This document shows positions 12,305 through 25,470 of a DNA stretch of 64,000 bases, in pieces. The notes beneath the pieces are model-generated. The model was not told the DNA's origin. It was given only the letters and a program-made list of their open reading frames with translations, and did not search any database. Made by a program: the position numbers and the translations under genes. Each line of letters begins with the position of its first letter. The first letter of the stretch is position 1. Origin of the DNA: Felis catus (Eukaryota). Where the stretch lies: positions 206,338,001-206,402,000 of the forward strand of contig NC_058368.1 in the NCBI RefSeq assembly GCF_018350175.1. The letters are read 5' to 3'.

Positions 12305-15300
12305 AAACTGGCAACATATTAAAGATTTATTACGTGCAGAAGTAAATACATGACAACAGTAGTAATTGAGCAGGCAGAGGTAAAAGGAATTATATTGCTA
12401 CTAGGCTCTTATATGTGAAGTAGTATAGTGTTATTTGAACCTAAACTCTAGAGCAACCACGAAAAATAATAGGAAGAAGGCCATAAGCCAAGGGTGGAGA
12501 TAAAATGAAACATTGGAAAGTGAAATTTTTAAAAAGTACCATTTACAGTACCATCCCCAAACAAAATTATTAGAAAAAAATTCAACAAAATATGTATAAG
12601 AACTGTACATGGTAAACTATGGAACATTGGTAAGAAAAATTCAAGGAACTGAGATAAATATATACATGTATATCTATACATATTTGTATTGTATATGTAT
12701 ATTTATTCCATACACATATACACACATGTATATATTTATACACACACACATGCATCTATTTACACACACATACATATAGATGTACATATTTATACACATA
12801 TATACACATATATGTATATATTTATACATACACATATACACACACACACATATATATATACCCAGTTCATGAATCAGAAGATGACGTTCTGTTAAGATGT
12901 TAGTTCTCCCCGGGGCGCCTGGGTGGCTCTGCTGGTTGAGCATCCGACTTCGGCTTAGGTCATGATCTCATGGCTTGTGAGTTCGAGCCCCGTGTTGGGC
13001 TCTGTGCTGACAGCTCAGAGCCTGGAGCCTGCTTTGGATTCTGTGTCTCCCTCTCTCTCTGCCCCTAACCCACTCTCATTCTGTCTCTGTCTCTCTCAAA
13101 AAGAAATAAGCATTAAAAAAAAAAAAAGATGTTAGTTCTCCCCAAATTGAGCTGTAAACTCGATGCAGTTCCCATCAAAACCCTAGCAATCTTGATTTTG
13201 TAGTAATTGACAAGCTTATGCTAAAATTTATATGGAAATGTGAAGAATCTAGACTGGCCAAAACAATTTTACATAATAAAAAAGACTTAGAGAACTTACG
13301 CTGCTTTATTTTGTCACCATGTTTTTTATTTTATTTTTGTTTTTAGAAGATTCGCTTTTTTTAAAGCTTATTTATTTTGAGAGAGAGAGAGAGAGTGGGG
13401 GAGGGGCAGAGAGAGAGAATCCCAAGCCGGCTCTGTGCTAATAGCACAGGTCTCACTCTCACGAACTGTCATCACCACATTCTTGAATGCTGTACCTGTA
13501 TAGTTTTAGTGTAAGAATGGACATCTGCAGATCATAAAGAATATAAAATACAGAAATGACTCGCATTTATGCAGTGAATTGATCAAAGTTAAAGCTTCTG
13601 GTTATCAAAAGGCATAATTAAGGAAATGGAAAGTCAGGCCACAGACTGCAAGAAAATATTTATAATACATATATCTGACATAAGACGTTTTCCTAGGCTA
13701 TGTAAGGCACTCTCACAACTCACTGGTAAGACACTATCCAATTAAAGAGTGGATACAAAATTTGACCTGAAGCTCTACAAAAGAAGATAGATGAATAGCC
13801 AGTAAGCACATGAAAAGCTGCTCAGCATGATTAGTCACCAGAAAACTTCACACTGAAATCACAGCATACCAGTGCATAACCACTGGAATGGTAAAATTGA
13901 AAAGACTGGCAATATCAAGCAAGGATGTGGAGCAACTCAAAGTTTCATATATTGTGTATGAAAATGTGAAATAGTTTCACTACTTTGGAAAACAGTCTGG
14001 CTGTTTTGTGAAGTTAAACATACACCTTACCATACAATCCAGCAGTCTGCTCCTTCCTAGATATTTATTCAGGAGAAAGGAAAACATATATTCACTCAAA
14101 GGCTTATCTAACAATGTTCCTAGTAGTTTTATTCCTAGTGCTCATGAAATGGAAACAGTCAAAATGTCCATCATCAGGTAAATGGATAAACAACTTTTTG
14201 TGTATCCATCCAGTAGTATCCTACGGAGTAATGAAAAGGAATGATTGATGCATCCAGAATTACTATGCTCAGAGAATGAAATCGGAAAGAGTGCACACTA
14301 TCTAATTTCATCTGTGTACGTCTCTTTAAAGACACATCTAATCTATAGTGACAGTCCTATTGAGTGATGAAAAGGAACGATTAATGCATCCAAAAAATCA
14401 GTATGTTCAGAGAAAGAAGTCAGGAAGAGGGCATACTCTCTGATTCCATCTATGTACATTTCTAAAGACAAATATAATCTATAGTGACAGAATATCAGTG
14501 GTTGTCTGGAGCCAGAAATTGGGGTGGGTTGACTGTGAAAGGGCATAGGGAACTTTTGTGTTCTTTGTTATGATGGTTGTGGTATTTACATAAGTATACA
14601 CATTAGTAAAAACTCGAAGAGTATGCTTAGAATGGGTACATGTTTTGTCATCTAAATTATACTCCAGTAAATTTGATTAAAAAAATCAGCCTTGAGTGCT
14701 TGATAAATGTAAAATAATTCTTTATTTGTTTCATTTATCTCTATGTTCAGGATATATTTTTGTTCTGTATTTGCTGTTATTTTGCAAGTTAATTGATACA
14801 ATGATTTCAATTTCAATAAGACTCTGACTCTGGATATTGTGTATTTGGGGGTCTCGATCATTTTATCACCATTTTATCACCCTGTTGGCCTTCTTAGTTA
14901 CCTCCTGTGCTCTGGAAGCAGAGGCAGAAGTCCCCAGTCTTAATCTGGAAGCAGGGAGGGAAATCTCACAGTTGTGTGCATTCCCAGTTCTTGGGTTGGA
15001 ATCTCTCCTCCTCAAGTTACCATCTGAAAGGTTGTAAAAAATCAAGTCGCCGTTTTTAGGTTGGATTTTTTGTAAAATGATGACATGGATTAAGTACATC
15101 AAAATGTAGAAGAGCTTGAACTTGGCATGAGTACTAATCATTAGAGTGGTGGAGAAGTAGGGGTGCCTCTAGAGGAACCCCTAGAGGTTGAATGACAAGA
15201 GAAAGCTATTTCTACTTCCTAGGATACAAACTTTTGCTTCCTTGTGATTCCCTTTCTCTGGTCCGTCCTTCCTTCGTCTTTTTTACGCTTGATATTTTCT

Positions 15301-15589
15301 CATTTATTTAGCACTTAAAGGGTTGTTGAACAGTGAAATGTAGCACAATCCAAGTATGTTAATGTCACCCTTCCTTCAAAGGCAGCACAGTTCTTTAGCA
15401 TTACAGAACCTCCTGCTGTCAGTTTACTTCATTAGTAACTAACTGTAACTACTCTTGGAAGACTTCAGTTTGCAATAGAATGGGTTTTAAGATCTGAAGT
15501 TCTACCTTACAGTGTTTATGATTCTTTGTAACCAAAATCTGGTGTATTCTTCTATCTAACCAGTAAGTAATTTTGACGCTTAACAGAGA

Positions 15590-15830
15590 CAGTATTGTGA
15601 GTATAGTGGTTTAAGAGTGTGGAGTTTGAAGTCATTTTACCTCCCTTCAGATCCTAGCTTTATCATTTCTATCTATATAACCTTTGGCAGATTATTAACT
15701 TTAAGTATTAATTTCCTCATATGTAAAATGGTGAGCCTTCTCTCATAGACTATTTGGGGCATTAAAAGGCAAGTTAATGTAAAGGAGATTAACATGGCAC
15801 CTAAGCATCTAGGAAACATTCAATAAATGT
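15590..15830 (+). mobile_element. MIR fragment
   Basis: tatagtggtttaagagtgtggagtttgaagtca...accttt ggcag...tttcctcatatgtaaaatgg core. Confidence 0.7.
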
Positions 15831-16229
15831 ATTTCAGATATTATATTTTAGGATTTTATATGTGATTGGCACATTTCATGTAATATTAAGACTTTTTATG
15901 AGTTATTTGGTTCAGATGTCATTTTCTAGAATTGTTACTAACTGGGATATGCACCTTTTCAAGAGTCGCAGGTTGAGTCCCAACTTTGAAATGTTGGCTT
16001 TTAAGGTTTCAGCCACTAGATGGTGATATTTGATTGTGTAGCTAAGTCCGATTTTTCTCTGTGGGAATTAGTGTGTGTGTGTGTGAAGCAGAGATATCAT
16101 TAGAATTTACCATGAATTTTGTCTCTTGTCTAGAAAAGTATACCTACCAAAACGAACATGAGGGCGATCTGGCCTTATGATAAGCATTTTACTGGCATCC
16201 GCATGAATCTAATGACTGATCTTCATTTT

Positions 16230-17104
16230 AATGTTATCTGTTCCTCTCTTTGGTTTCTTCTCACTGGTATACAAACATACCTTGATAACAACCATTTAAA
16301 AAGCTTTTCTTGACTCCTACCATTTCTTTGCTCCCCTTTCACCATAAACTCCATCCTTTTTTTTTATGTTTATTTTTGAGAGAGACAGAGACAGAATGAG
16401 AGTGGGTTAGGGGCAGAGAGAGAGGGAGACACAGAATCGGAAGCAGGCTCCAGTCTCTGAGCTGTCAGCACGGAGCCCGATGCGGGGCTCGAACTCACGA
16501 GCTGTGAGATCATGACCTGAGCTGAAGTCGGTCGCTCAACCCACTGAGCCACAAGCTCCGTTTCTTGATGAATCATCCTCTGGGTCCATTCCAGTCAGGT
16601 TTCTGTTCCCACTGGTCCCCTGAAGCCACTCTTGTTATATGACCTTCATGTTGTCAAATCCAGTCATCATGTCTCTGTTCTCATTTATTACTGTGCCTCT
16701 CGTCGTTCAGCATAGTTGACCACTGTCTTCCTAAATACACTGCTCTCTCATCTACAGAACACCACACTGATGGTTTTTCTTTTGTTTCACCGCCCACTTC
16801 TTAATCTTCTTTGCTTCCTGTTTTCTTGTCTTCATTTTCTAAATATTGGTGGGCCACAGTATTTAGAAAATACTTCTCTTTTCTATGTCCATTTTTTCCC
16901 TTCTTAAACTTATATAGTCTCCTGCTTTCAGTGTGCCGTCTCTATACTGATGACTGCCAAATATGTCTGCAGTGCTATCTTCCCACCTGAATTCCAGACT
17001 CTTAAATCTCCAGTGCTTACTTTATACCCACTTGGATATCTAATTAGTCTCTGAAACTTAACATGTCCTAAGCAGAGGTCTTGATTCCCTGACCCCCCCT
17101 CCCC

Positions 17105-17147
<43 letters not shown>

Positions 17148-18560
17148 TATCTGGTCTTTTTTAGTCTTCCCCATGTCAGTAAAAGGCATCACTGTTTACC
17201 CAGTTACTTATGCCCAAAAGCCAGGGGTCAACTCTGCTGTGCATGTGCCATTACAGAGCTAATCAACCCCAGTCACCTCCAGCTCCCTGCCCTTCATGCT
17301 GTTCTTACGGCCATAAAGCCTGGGCGGCGGCTGCTGTTGTTACAGACCAACAGCCCCCGTTCATGGTGCTAACTGACAATCAAAGACCATCCACCACACC
17401 TTGACACTGGCCAGCTTGGACCTGTAGATGCTCAGACGGGACCGGATTACGACTCTGTGGGGTAGAATTTGACGGATGGGAAACAGGGTATGGGAGGGAG
17501 CCTGCAGATAAATTCTTTTCCCTTCTTCCCCTCACTGGACAGTTTCCAAGGCACACAGGTTTTATACAGGCTTCTGAAGAAGTTCTACAAGATTAGCAGT
17601 CATCTGTTTGTTTTTTAAGCTGTTGCCAGCCTAGCAGATGCCTTGTATTTATTCTCCCTCCTTCCGGCCTCACTTCTTTTTCCCCTAACTCTTGCTTCCC
17701 TGGGATCCTACCCCCACAAAGTAGAAGCTTAGGCCCCCGGGCTCTATTTCCCTGGGAACTCAAGCTAAGACATCATCCTGGATTTCCTTTCTTTTTTTTT
17801 GCTCTTCATATCCAGTCCAAGTTAGAGTGACTTTATTTTTTAAACATATTTTAAATCTTTTTTGTCCTCTCCTCTGTTTTCGTGGCTGTCCTCCTAATCT
17901 AATCCCCTGTCATCTCTTACCTGCCTCATTCAAGTAGTCTCCTAACTGCTCTCCCTGTGCTCCTTCTTACACCCCTACAGACCACTCTCTGGGCCTCACT
18001 GAGTTTTTCAAGGTGTAAAGCAAGTCTGTATGTTTGTTGCACAAAAACTCTGCAGATTCCTCATCACACGTACAGTTAGAGCCGGGGCTTTGGGTCTACA
18101 CCTCCCATTCCCCTTCCTCCTCCTCCGTAGCCATGCCGGTTTCCTTTCATTTCCTCAAAACTTGGGGTGTTTGGCCCTCTCTTGGCTTGGGCTCTTCCTT
18201 TGTCTGGAGTGACCTTTCTCCAGATCTTCAATTAGCTGACCACTTTTGGTTAGTCAGATCGCAGCTCAGATGCCTTCCTAGAGAGACTTTTTCTGACCAC
18301 ATGTTCAGAGTAGCCATCCAGTGACCTCCCTTTCACATCCCCTCCGCTTGTTTTTTTTTTTTTTTTTTTTTAATCACACTTACCATATTTTAACTTAGGC
18401 TTGTTGTTTTTCCCTGCCTTCTTCCTGCCTGTGAACATTCTAGAATGTAAGATCTAGAAAAATGGTAAGGTCATTTTATATCTTGTTGAGTGCTACAGCC
18501 TCAGTACCCAGAATACTACCTGGGCCAGAGTAGATGTTTAATAAATGTTTATTAAATGAA
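16230..18560. mobile_element. Old L2 fragments interrupted by a SINE (16357-16552 -), (CA)n (17107-17145) and an LTR
   Basis: Pyrimidine-rich L2 motifs (tgactgccaaatatgtct, aaacttaacatgtcc, tagaatgtaag...tttaataaatgtttattaaatgaat). Confidence 0.7.
17230..17772 (+). mobile_element. ERVL LTR16-like solo LTR
   Basis: Ends in gggaactcaagctaagaca. Interrupts the L2 motif ggggtca...tcatcctggatt. Confidence 0.6.
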
Positions 18561-19504
18561 TAAGCTGATGACTATAGAGCTCATTAAACCTGAAGCTGTC
18601 ATAAATTGGAAATCTAATTGGGAGCAAAGTAGTTAAACACTTTGACATTTCTGTCTGATAAATGAGTGTGCTAACTTATTTGGCTTGCTCACCAGCTGTT
18701 CCTTACCTCAGCATAGGGTATTGTCTCACCCTCCCCCTACGCAGGCCCTGCAGCCATTCTAGTTGCTTCCTGCCTTGGCTGGTTCCCCAGCACACTGTCA
18801 AGGTTGTCTTTAAACTGGCCAAGTCAGACTCTGGTCATTTATTAACCATAGTGACTTTAAACCAAGTTTTTATCTTTTAATGCTTCCTATCCGACAGCCG
18901 CAGCTGGGCTGTGTCTGTTCGGTGCGTTCCAAACTGAAGTTGAATTAAGAGATATGCTGTAGGAGCCATGAGAGGCCATCGATGTTATTACATGCCAGGC
19001 TTCCTGCGATCCCCAAATGGAGGACCTGGGCGGTGCCACCCTTTATTTGTAGGCCAGGGGAATTCTGTCAAAGAGAGAAATGAAAAATGAGGGTGGAGAG
19101 GGAATTCAGTAAGCTTATGATAGTGAAGTAAGTGCCCACCGGTTGCTGCTTCTCTCTAGCCAGTGGAAAACAGCTCACGTGTTCCTTTAAACTTTTGCAT
19201 GGTTTGTGGGCAGAAAGCACTTTTCACTTAGCTGTGCCTCTGCTGCCGCCAATGCCAATGGCTTCAAAATAAGAGCAGCATGGTTTGGGGGGGGGGTGCA
19301 GTGGACATTTTCCCCCCTCAAATCTGTGTGCCTGTTTTTGCACATGTATATGTTTATATGTGTGTCTGTGTCAACATGCTGCCTAATGAGAAGAGGAAAC
19401 AGAACTAGTGATGGTCAATGTCACTTCGAACTTCTTAGTTTACTTTGTACTTTGTGATAATGTAAGCAGCTTTGGGGTTGGAGGGCGGGGGTGGGGTAAG
19501 CCAC

Positions 19505-19955
19505 CCTGTTTCTCAGCAGTAGTGCTGTTGGCATTTTGGGTACGACAGGCGTTTGGTGTTTGTCGGTCAGGGTGGCCCTCTGCCTTGCCAGATGCTAACA
19601 TCCCTGAACCCTTGTCACTAGGCCTCCAGTGACAACCAAAAATGCCTCCATAAATTGATATAAATGCCTACCTTGGGGTGATAAATGTTCCTGGTTGAGT
19701 TAGGCAGAAAATAGGGCTGAAAGTAAAAAGGATATTTGATAAATGTGACAGAAACAGTGGTTGGACCAAGTAGTGCAGGGGTTGGCAAACCACAGCCTGT
19801 TTTTATAAAGTTTTATTGGATGCAGACATGCACATTTGTGTAAGATGATGATGTGTATGATGACGTTCTGTGGCTGATTTTTGTGCTACAGCAGAATTGA
19901 GCAGCTGTGAAGGAGCCTATATGGTCCACAAAACCTAAAATACTCATGGACCTTT
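19505..19955. mobile_element. hAT-Charlie relics: MER20-like (about 19505-19700) and MER58A-like (19776-19955)
   Basis: gtgacaaccaaaaatgcctcc...ctggttgag, and caggggttggcaaac...aaagttttattgg...cacaaaacctaaaata. Confidence 0.7.
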
Positions 19956-20057
19956 GCTGTGCTGACCTTGGTCTCTGGACCAGCTGCTTCCTCAGAAGCC
20001 ACAAAGACTCCTGAAACCTCACACATCCCGGGGCTTTAAAGTCCTCTACCTAGAATT

Positions 20058-20085
20058 AAAAACAAAAACCTAATGTTTATTTATT

Positions 20086-20123
<38 letters not shown>

Positions 20124-22520
20124 CGTGAGCAGAGGAGGGGCAGAGAGAGAGGGTAACAGAATATGAAGCAGGCTTTGGGCTCTGATCTGTCAACACAGAG
20201 CCTGATGTGGGGCTTGAGCTCATGAACTGCAAGATCATGACTTGAGCCAAAGTTGGACACTTAATCGACTGAGCCACCCAGGTGCCCCTCTACCTAGAAT
20301 TTTAATCTCTTGGTTCTTTCCACCCATATTCCCATTTCCCTTGTCTTGGGATTTCTTGTGATTTCTGTATCTGGAGTGGTAAGATGGAACAAAGTAAGAA
20401 TTAAAGTATTTCCTGCTTTTGTTGTAAGGTAAAATTTGATTGTATTTCTTTCCATTTTTTTTTCTGAGGTATTTTCATCATACTAGCTCTTGTCTCCTCT
20501 TTTCATGTCTTTCATGCTTTTCTTTGCTGTCTTTCAAGACTTCTTTTGGAGAAGGTAAGACAAATGAGGTAGATAGAATCTGGGATATTAGCACCTTCTG
20601 TGTGCCTGGCCATGTTCTGGGTGTTGTAGATACAAGTGAATCTACCTTTTGGTCCCTGAACTCATTAGTGAAGAGAAGATAAAAATGCATGGAAGAATTA
20701 GAGAAAAATCCAATGGAAGACAATGGGGTAGTTGGAAAAGTATTAGTCTTGTAATTGAACTAGCTTCAGATCATGGCTTTTACAGGGTTAATACCATTTG
20801 TCCTGTAGCTGCTCTCTACCTTTGTTTCCTCATCAGTAAAATGAGAACAAGCAATGCCAATCGTATGAGCACGAAGTGAATGAACTTTTCGTGAGAATAG
20901 TTGTTTGTTAAGTGATTGTACAGAAAGTACTTTGTAAAACAAATACTATGGGAATAAAAGTGTTACTCTGTGATCATGTAAGTGGTACTCATGGTCTTCA
21001 TGATAAACAGAATTTTAATTTGGTCTTGGAGAGAGAGAGCCTTTGAAAAGTGAAGAGGAAGAGGAATGAAATCCTAGATGTGCTTATGTTTGTGTACTGC
21101 TCAGCCTACATGAACAGGAACATGATACGTGGGTAGGGAATGGGCGAATGTGCAGCCAGCAGGGAGCAAAGGTGGGGATGGGGCGTCATAGAAAACAGAT
21201 TGGACTGATAAGCTAATACTGGAAGAAATATATTCACTAGTATTGAGTCCTACAGAATTTGCTACTACTACATTTCTTAGAATATTATGAGTAGGAGGAT
21301 TATTATGAAGGAGTAAGTCAATTTTTCAGAGACAGAAGAACATAGCAAATTTCCAGTTTTTCATGTTGTGTCTGTAATAACATTTGGAAATATTTAGAGA
21401 TTAGGCTTGAAATCACCCATAGAGAAGTACACTTCTCTTTAGGTGACATAGTTATAAATAGTCAAAATGGGTATTAAGTATTGTTGAGTGTCATGTACCT
21501 TTTTCCCTCCACTATCAGTTACATATGAAGTTTCTCTAATGCTTCTCTGAGGTATTTTCTACATGGTCATGTGGACTTCATACTTTTTAATAGGTTGCTG
21601 GATTTAATTTATTAATTCTTTATTTAGGATTTTTATCTTATGGAGTAGAAAGTCTGGAGTGATGATTAGGATTCTCTTTTTTCAGATAGTGTATCTTTTT
21701 GAGGACAAAGCATTCTTTATTTTTATTGCTAGGTTATCCAAATATACTGAAATACATTAGGAGTCTTAAGACTACGTCTTTAGCTGTGGTATTTAAAACT
21801 TTGGCTTAGGCAGTGGCAACTATTTTCTGGTTCAGGCCATATTGTCCTCCTTTACCCCACAAAGACTGTAGACCACTTGTGTCTGCCTTATTCCTTTAGA
21901 AATTATTGATATATGTTAGGTCCTATTGTGTTAGCTGCATTTACCTTGGTCTGCATAGAGCTTTTATTTTTAAAAAAAAAATTTTTTTTTAATGTTTATT
22001 TTTGAGACAGAGGAAGACAGAGCAAGAGGGGGGGAGGGGCAGAGAGAGAAGGAGACACAGAATCTGAAACAGCCTCCAGGCTCTGAGCTGTCAGCACGGA
22101 ACCTGATGCGGGGCTCGAACCCACGAACCGTGAGATCGTGATCTGAGCCGAAGTCAGATGCTTAACCAATTGAGCCACCCAAGCGCCCCTGCATAGAGCT
22201 TTTAAACAAACACAGAAGTAAATGTAAACAGGGGGTCACAGTGAGCCTATCTGAGGAAGCAGGAAGGCAGGGTGATTTGGTTTAGCTAGGGGAAGGGAGT
22301 CCTATTTATTGTTTTGCCTTTTGCAGACTTCGTGAGTTTATCATATATTTATCATTAAAATAAGGCACTTATTATAGTCCTGCCCATTTACTTACATGTT
22401 TTAATTTGATCCAAATTATTCCATGATACTGGAATTAATTTCTAGTGAAATTTATTTGTTTATTTACTTTTTTTAGAGAGAGAGAGAGAGAGAGAGAGCA
22501 CAAGAGGGGGAGGGACAGAG

Positions 22521-22558
<38 letters not shown>

Positions 22559-24214
22559 TCCGAAGCAGGCTCCGGGTTCTGAGCTGTCAGTGCAGAGCCT
22601 GATGTGGGGCTCGAACTCTCAAACTGTGAGATCATGACCTGAGCTGAAGTCAGATGTTTAACTGACTGAGCCACCCAAGTGCCCCTCCAGTGAATATTAC
22701 TTTATGACATTTGTGTGTATGCTCAATGAGTGAATAATCTGGGGGTAAATAATTTTATTTTATTTTTAAAATTTATTTAATTGTTTTGAGAGAGAGAGAG
22801 GGAGAGGGAGGGGCAGAGTGAGAGGAAGAGAGAGAGAATCGCAAGCAGGCTCCACGCCAACAGTGCAGAGCCTGACCTGGGGCTCCCATCTCACGAACTG
22901 CAAGATCCTGACTTGAGCCAAATTTGAGAGCCAGATGTTTAATGGACTGAGCCACCCAGGCACCCCTAGGTGATAAAATAATTTTAAATGATCTCTATAT
23001 CTGAAGTAGAAATTGGGAGGTTAAAATTGTGACTTTTTACTTGTTTCAGAAAACTCATTGTCTAGTATGACAACGAGTAGACCAGGGCAATTACTTTCGA
23101 TACAGGAACAACTAGGGAACATCCTGTACCACGTAGAAGTTGGCATCATTGTTTTAATTTGCTTTGGAAAATGACCTTTATTCAGTGTGCATACATCTTT
23201 ATGTAATTTCAGAGCTCCTTCCTACTGTTTCCAGAGGCAGTTGATCTGCTCTGAATTGTTTGTTCTTGTCTATAATAAAAAATTAAAAACTTTTAAGATG
23301 TGTTTGTTCTTTTATGTAAGTAAATAGTTTAAATTATTACTGAAAGTGGGCTTTATGATTCAGCCTAATCCTGAGTCCACGTAATTTTAATAAGTGATAG
23401 TGACTAAAACTCGGAGCAGTTTGGAATTTAAAGTATATTTATATCTTTCCCTTGCCTAATAAAACCACCCAGGAACTCTACTCTGAGCATTATCTCAGCA
23501 CTTCTTTCCAATCCAGCCCTCCTTTCACTAAATATGTATGTCTTCTCAAGAAGAAGAAAAACATAATGATGTTTTTTCTCTTTTATTGCCTCTTGCAGAT
23601 TCTTTTTTCTTTCTTTCTGAGCTATGGAAATTAGGTTCCTTATTAGAATGTTCGTTGTATTAGCTACACATTATTTTGTCCTTGCTTTCTTCAGAATGTT
23701 ACTCCAAATTCTAGACAGAAAAACCTCAAAATAACTTGAGGAATTTTTTTTAATTCAGAAAATTTATCATTGTCTAAAAGTTGGAACCTGATTTACCTAC
23801 ATTGGAAATCACACAACTTTCACTCAAATTAAACCTGTCTAAAACTACTTTCTATATCATTATAACGTCTATATGAAAGTGTTTATAAAATCAAGGAAGC
23901 AAACTAAACTTTTAATTTCAAATATATCCTGAACAAAAGAAAACCACTTCCAATATGAAAATATAAATTCAGCCAGAGAAGTCATTTCTATCATTTTGGG
24001 GTACAATTATTATTTTTTTAAATGTTTATTTATTTTTGAGGGGGAGATGAGTGGGGGAGGGCCAGAGAGAATGGGAGACAGAGTATCCAAAGTGGGTCTG
24101 TTTTGCCGCCCCCCCCCCCCCCCCCCCGCCTCCATGGGAGCCTTGAACTCACAAACCATGAGATCATGACCTGAGCCAAAGTCATGCTTAACTGGACTGA
24201 CTCACCCAGGTGCC
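20058..24214 (-). mobile_element. SINEC copies 20058-20287, 21965-22189, 22450-22685, 22755-22966, 24010-24214
   Basis: SINE bodies with (GA)n/(CA)n tracts and TSDs such as cctctacctagaatt and ctgcatagagctttta. Confidence 0.9.
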
Positions 24215-24544
24215 AATGGGGCACAATTACTGTAAATATTATTAGAAACACAATATAAAATAAGGTGAAAACTTTAAAGTTCTTGATGACATAGGTTTTA
24301 AGGAGAAAATAAAATTATTTAATGATAATCTATAATAATGAGGAATCTTAATATTCACTAGGGATTTGATAAAAATGTAGCTGTATGGAAATAGCTTTTA
24401 AATTTATTTTGATGTTTCCACATAAGGATGTAAAATTGATAGAAATCAATTAGAAATCTGTCATGATATTAGTGAAAGTGATACTCCTTTGTAGCTATAT
24501 TTTATTTGACATAGAAAAAACGCTATAACATTTCTTCTTAAATA

Positions 24545-25202
24545 CAGTGAAACCTCATTCATGGCTTCCTCATTTATGAGTTTACCCACTCACAAATATA
24601 TTGGTAACCCCCAAATCAGTGCTCATGGTGCTTTCACAGTTGTTAGTGGACATCGGCAGAGCTGAGAAGAATCTGAGTGCCTCCTGTATGTATTCCCAGC
24701 TGAGTCCAACACGGCAGGTGCTCTGCCTTCTTGTTTCAGCTCTCACACTGTATAAACAAGTGTCCTTTTTGGGGTCTGTCTAGTGTTATATTTTCCACAT
24801 TTTTGTGCCCTTTGTTGGTGATTTTGCTGTTTAAAACGCCTCCGAAGTATAGTTCAGAAGTGCTGTCTAGTGTTCCTAAAGACAAGAAGGCTGTGATGTG
24901 CCTTACAGAGAAACTACATGTGTTCATTCAGTAAGCTTTGTCCAGTAAGCTTCGTCCAGGCATGAGTTACAGTGCTGTGGGCTGTGAGATCAATGTTAAT
25001 GAATCAGCAATATTTATTAAATAAGATGTCTTTAAACAGGAGCACATAAAACAAGGCTATATATTAATCAGTTGATACAAATATGACCAGAGGATGGCAG
25101 AAACTTAACCCTGTATTCCCCTATGAGCCGTGATTCAGTATTCACTAATTCAGTCTTTACAGCAGCTTTATAGAACATAACTACAAGAATGAGAATCAAC
25201 TA
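24545..25202 (+). mobile_element. MER82-like Tigger (TcMar) non-autonomous DNA transposon, near full length
   Basis: TA-flanked, starts cagtg, ends gagaatcaacta. Internal ctctgccttcttgtttcagctctca and aagaaggctgtgatgtgccttacagagaaa match the recalled consensus. Confidence 0.85.
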
Positions 25203-25239
25203 TATCTGGAAGACAGCTGATGAGTTACATTACATTTTA

Positions 25240-25470
25240 TTTTATTTTTTTTAATTTTTTTTTTTTTCAACGTTTATTTATTTTTGGGACAGAGAGAGAC
25301 AGAGCATGAACGGGGGAGGGGCAGAGAGAGAGGGAGACACAGAATCGGAAACAGGCTCCAGGCTCTGAGCCATCAGCCCAGAGCCCGACGCGGGGCTCGA
25401 ACTCCCGGACCGCGAGATCGTGACCTGGCTGAAGTCGGACGCTTAACCGACTGCGCCACCCAGGCGCCCC
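25240..25470 (-). mobile_element. Young felid SINE (SINEC_Fc type)
   Basis: CpGs intact. Perfect TSD cattacatttta at 25228-25239 and 25471-25482. Confidence 0.95.

Larger units (their letters stand above)
9960..14680 (+). mobile_element. Fragmented old L1 (L1M-type) with nested SINEs (11036-11237, 11380-11597, 12912-13125 all +, 13357-13470 -)
   Basis: A-rich strand with decayed ORF1/ORF2/3' UTR motifs (e.g. aagatgttagttctccccaaattg, ctaaaatttatatggaaatg, aaatgtccatcatcaggtaaatggataaac). The SINE at 12912 has an 18-bp TSD. Confidence 0.8.
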
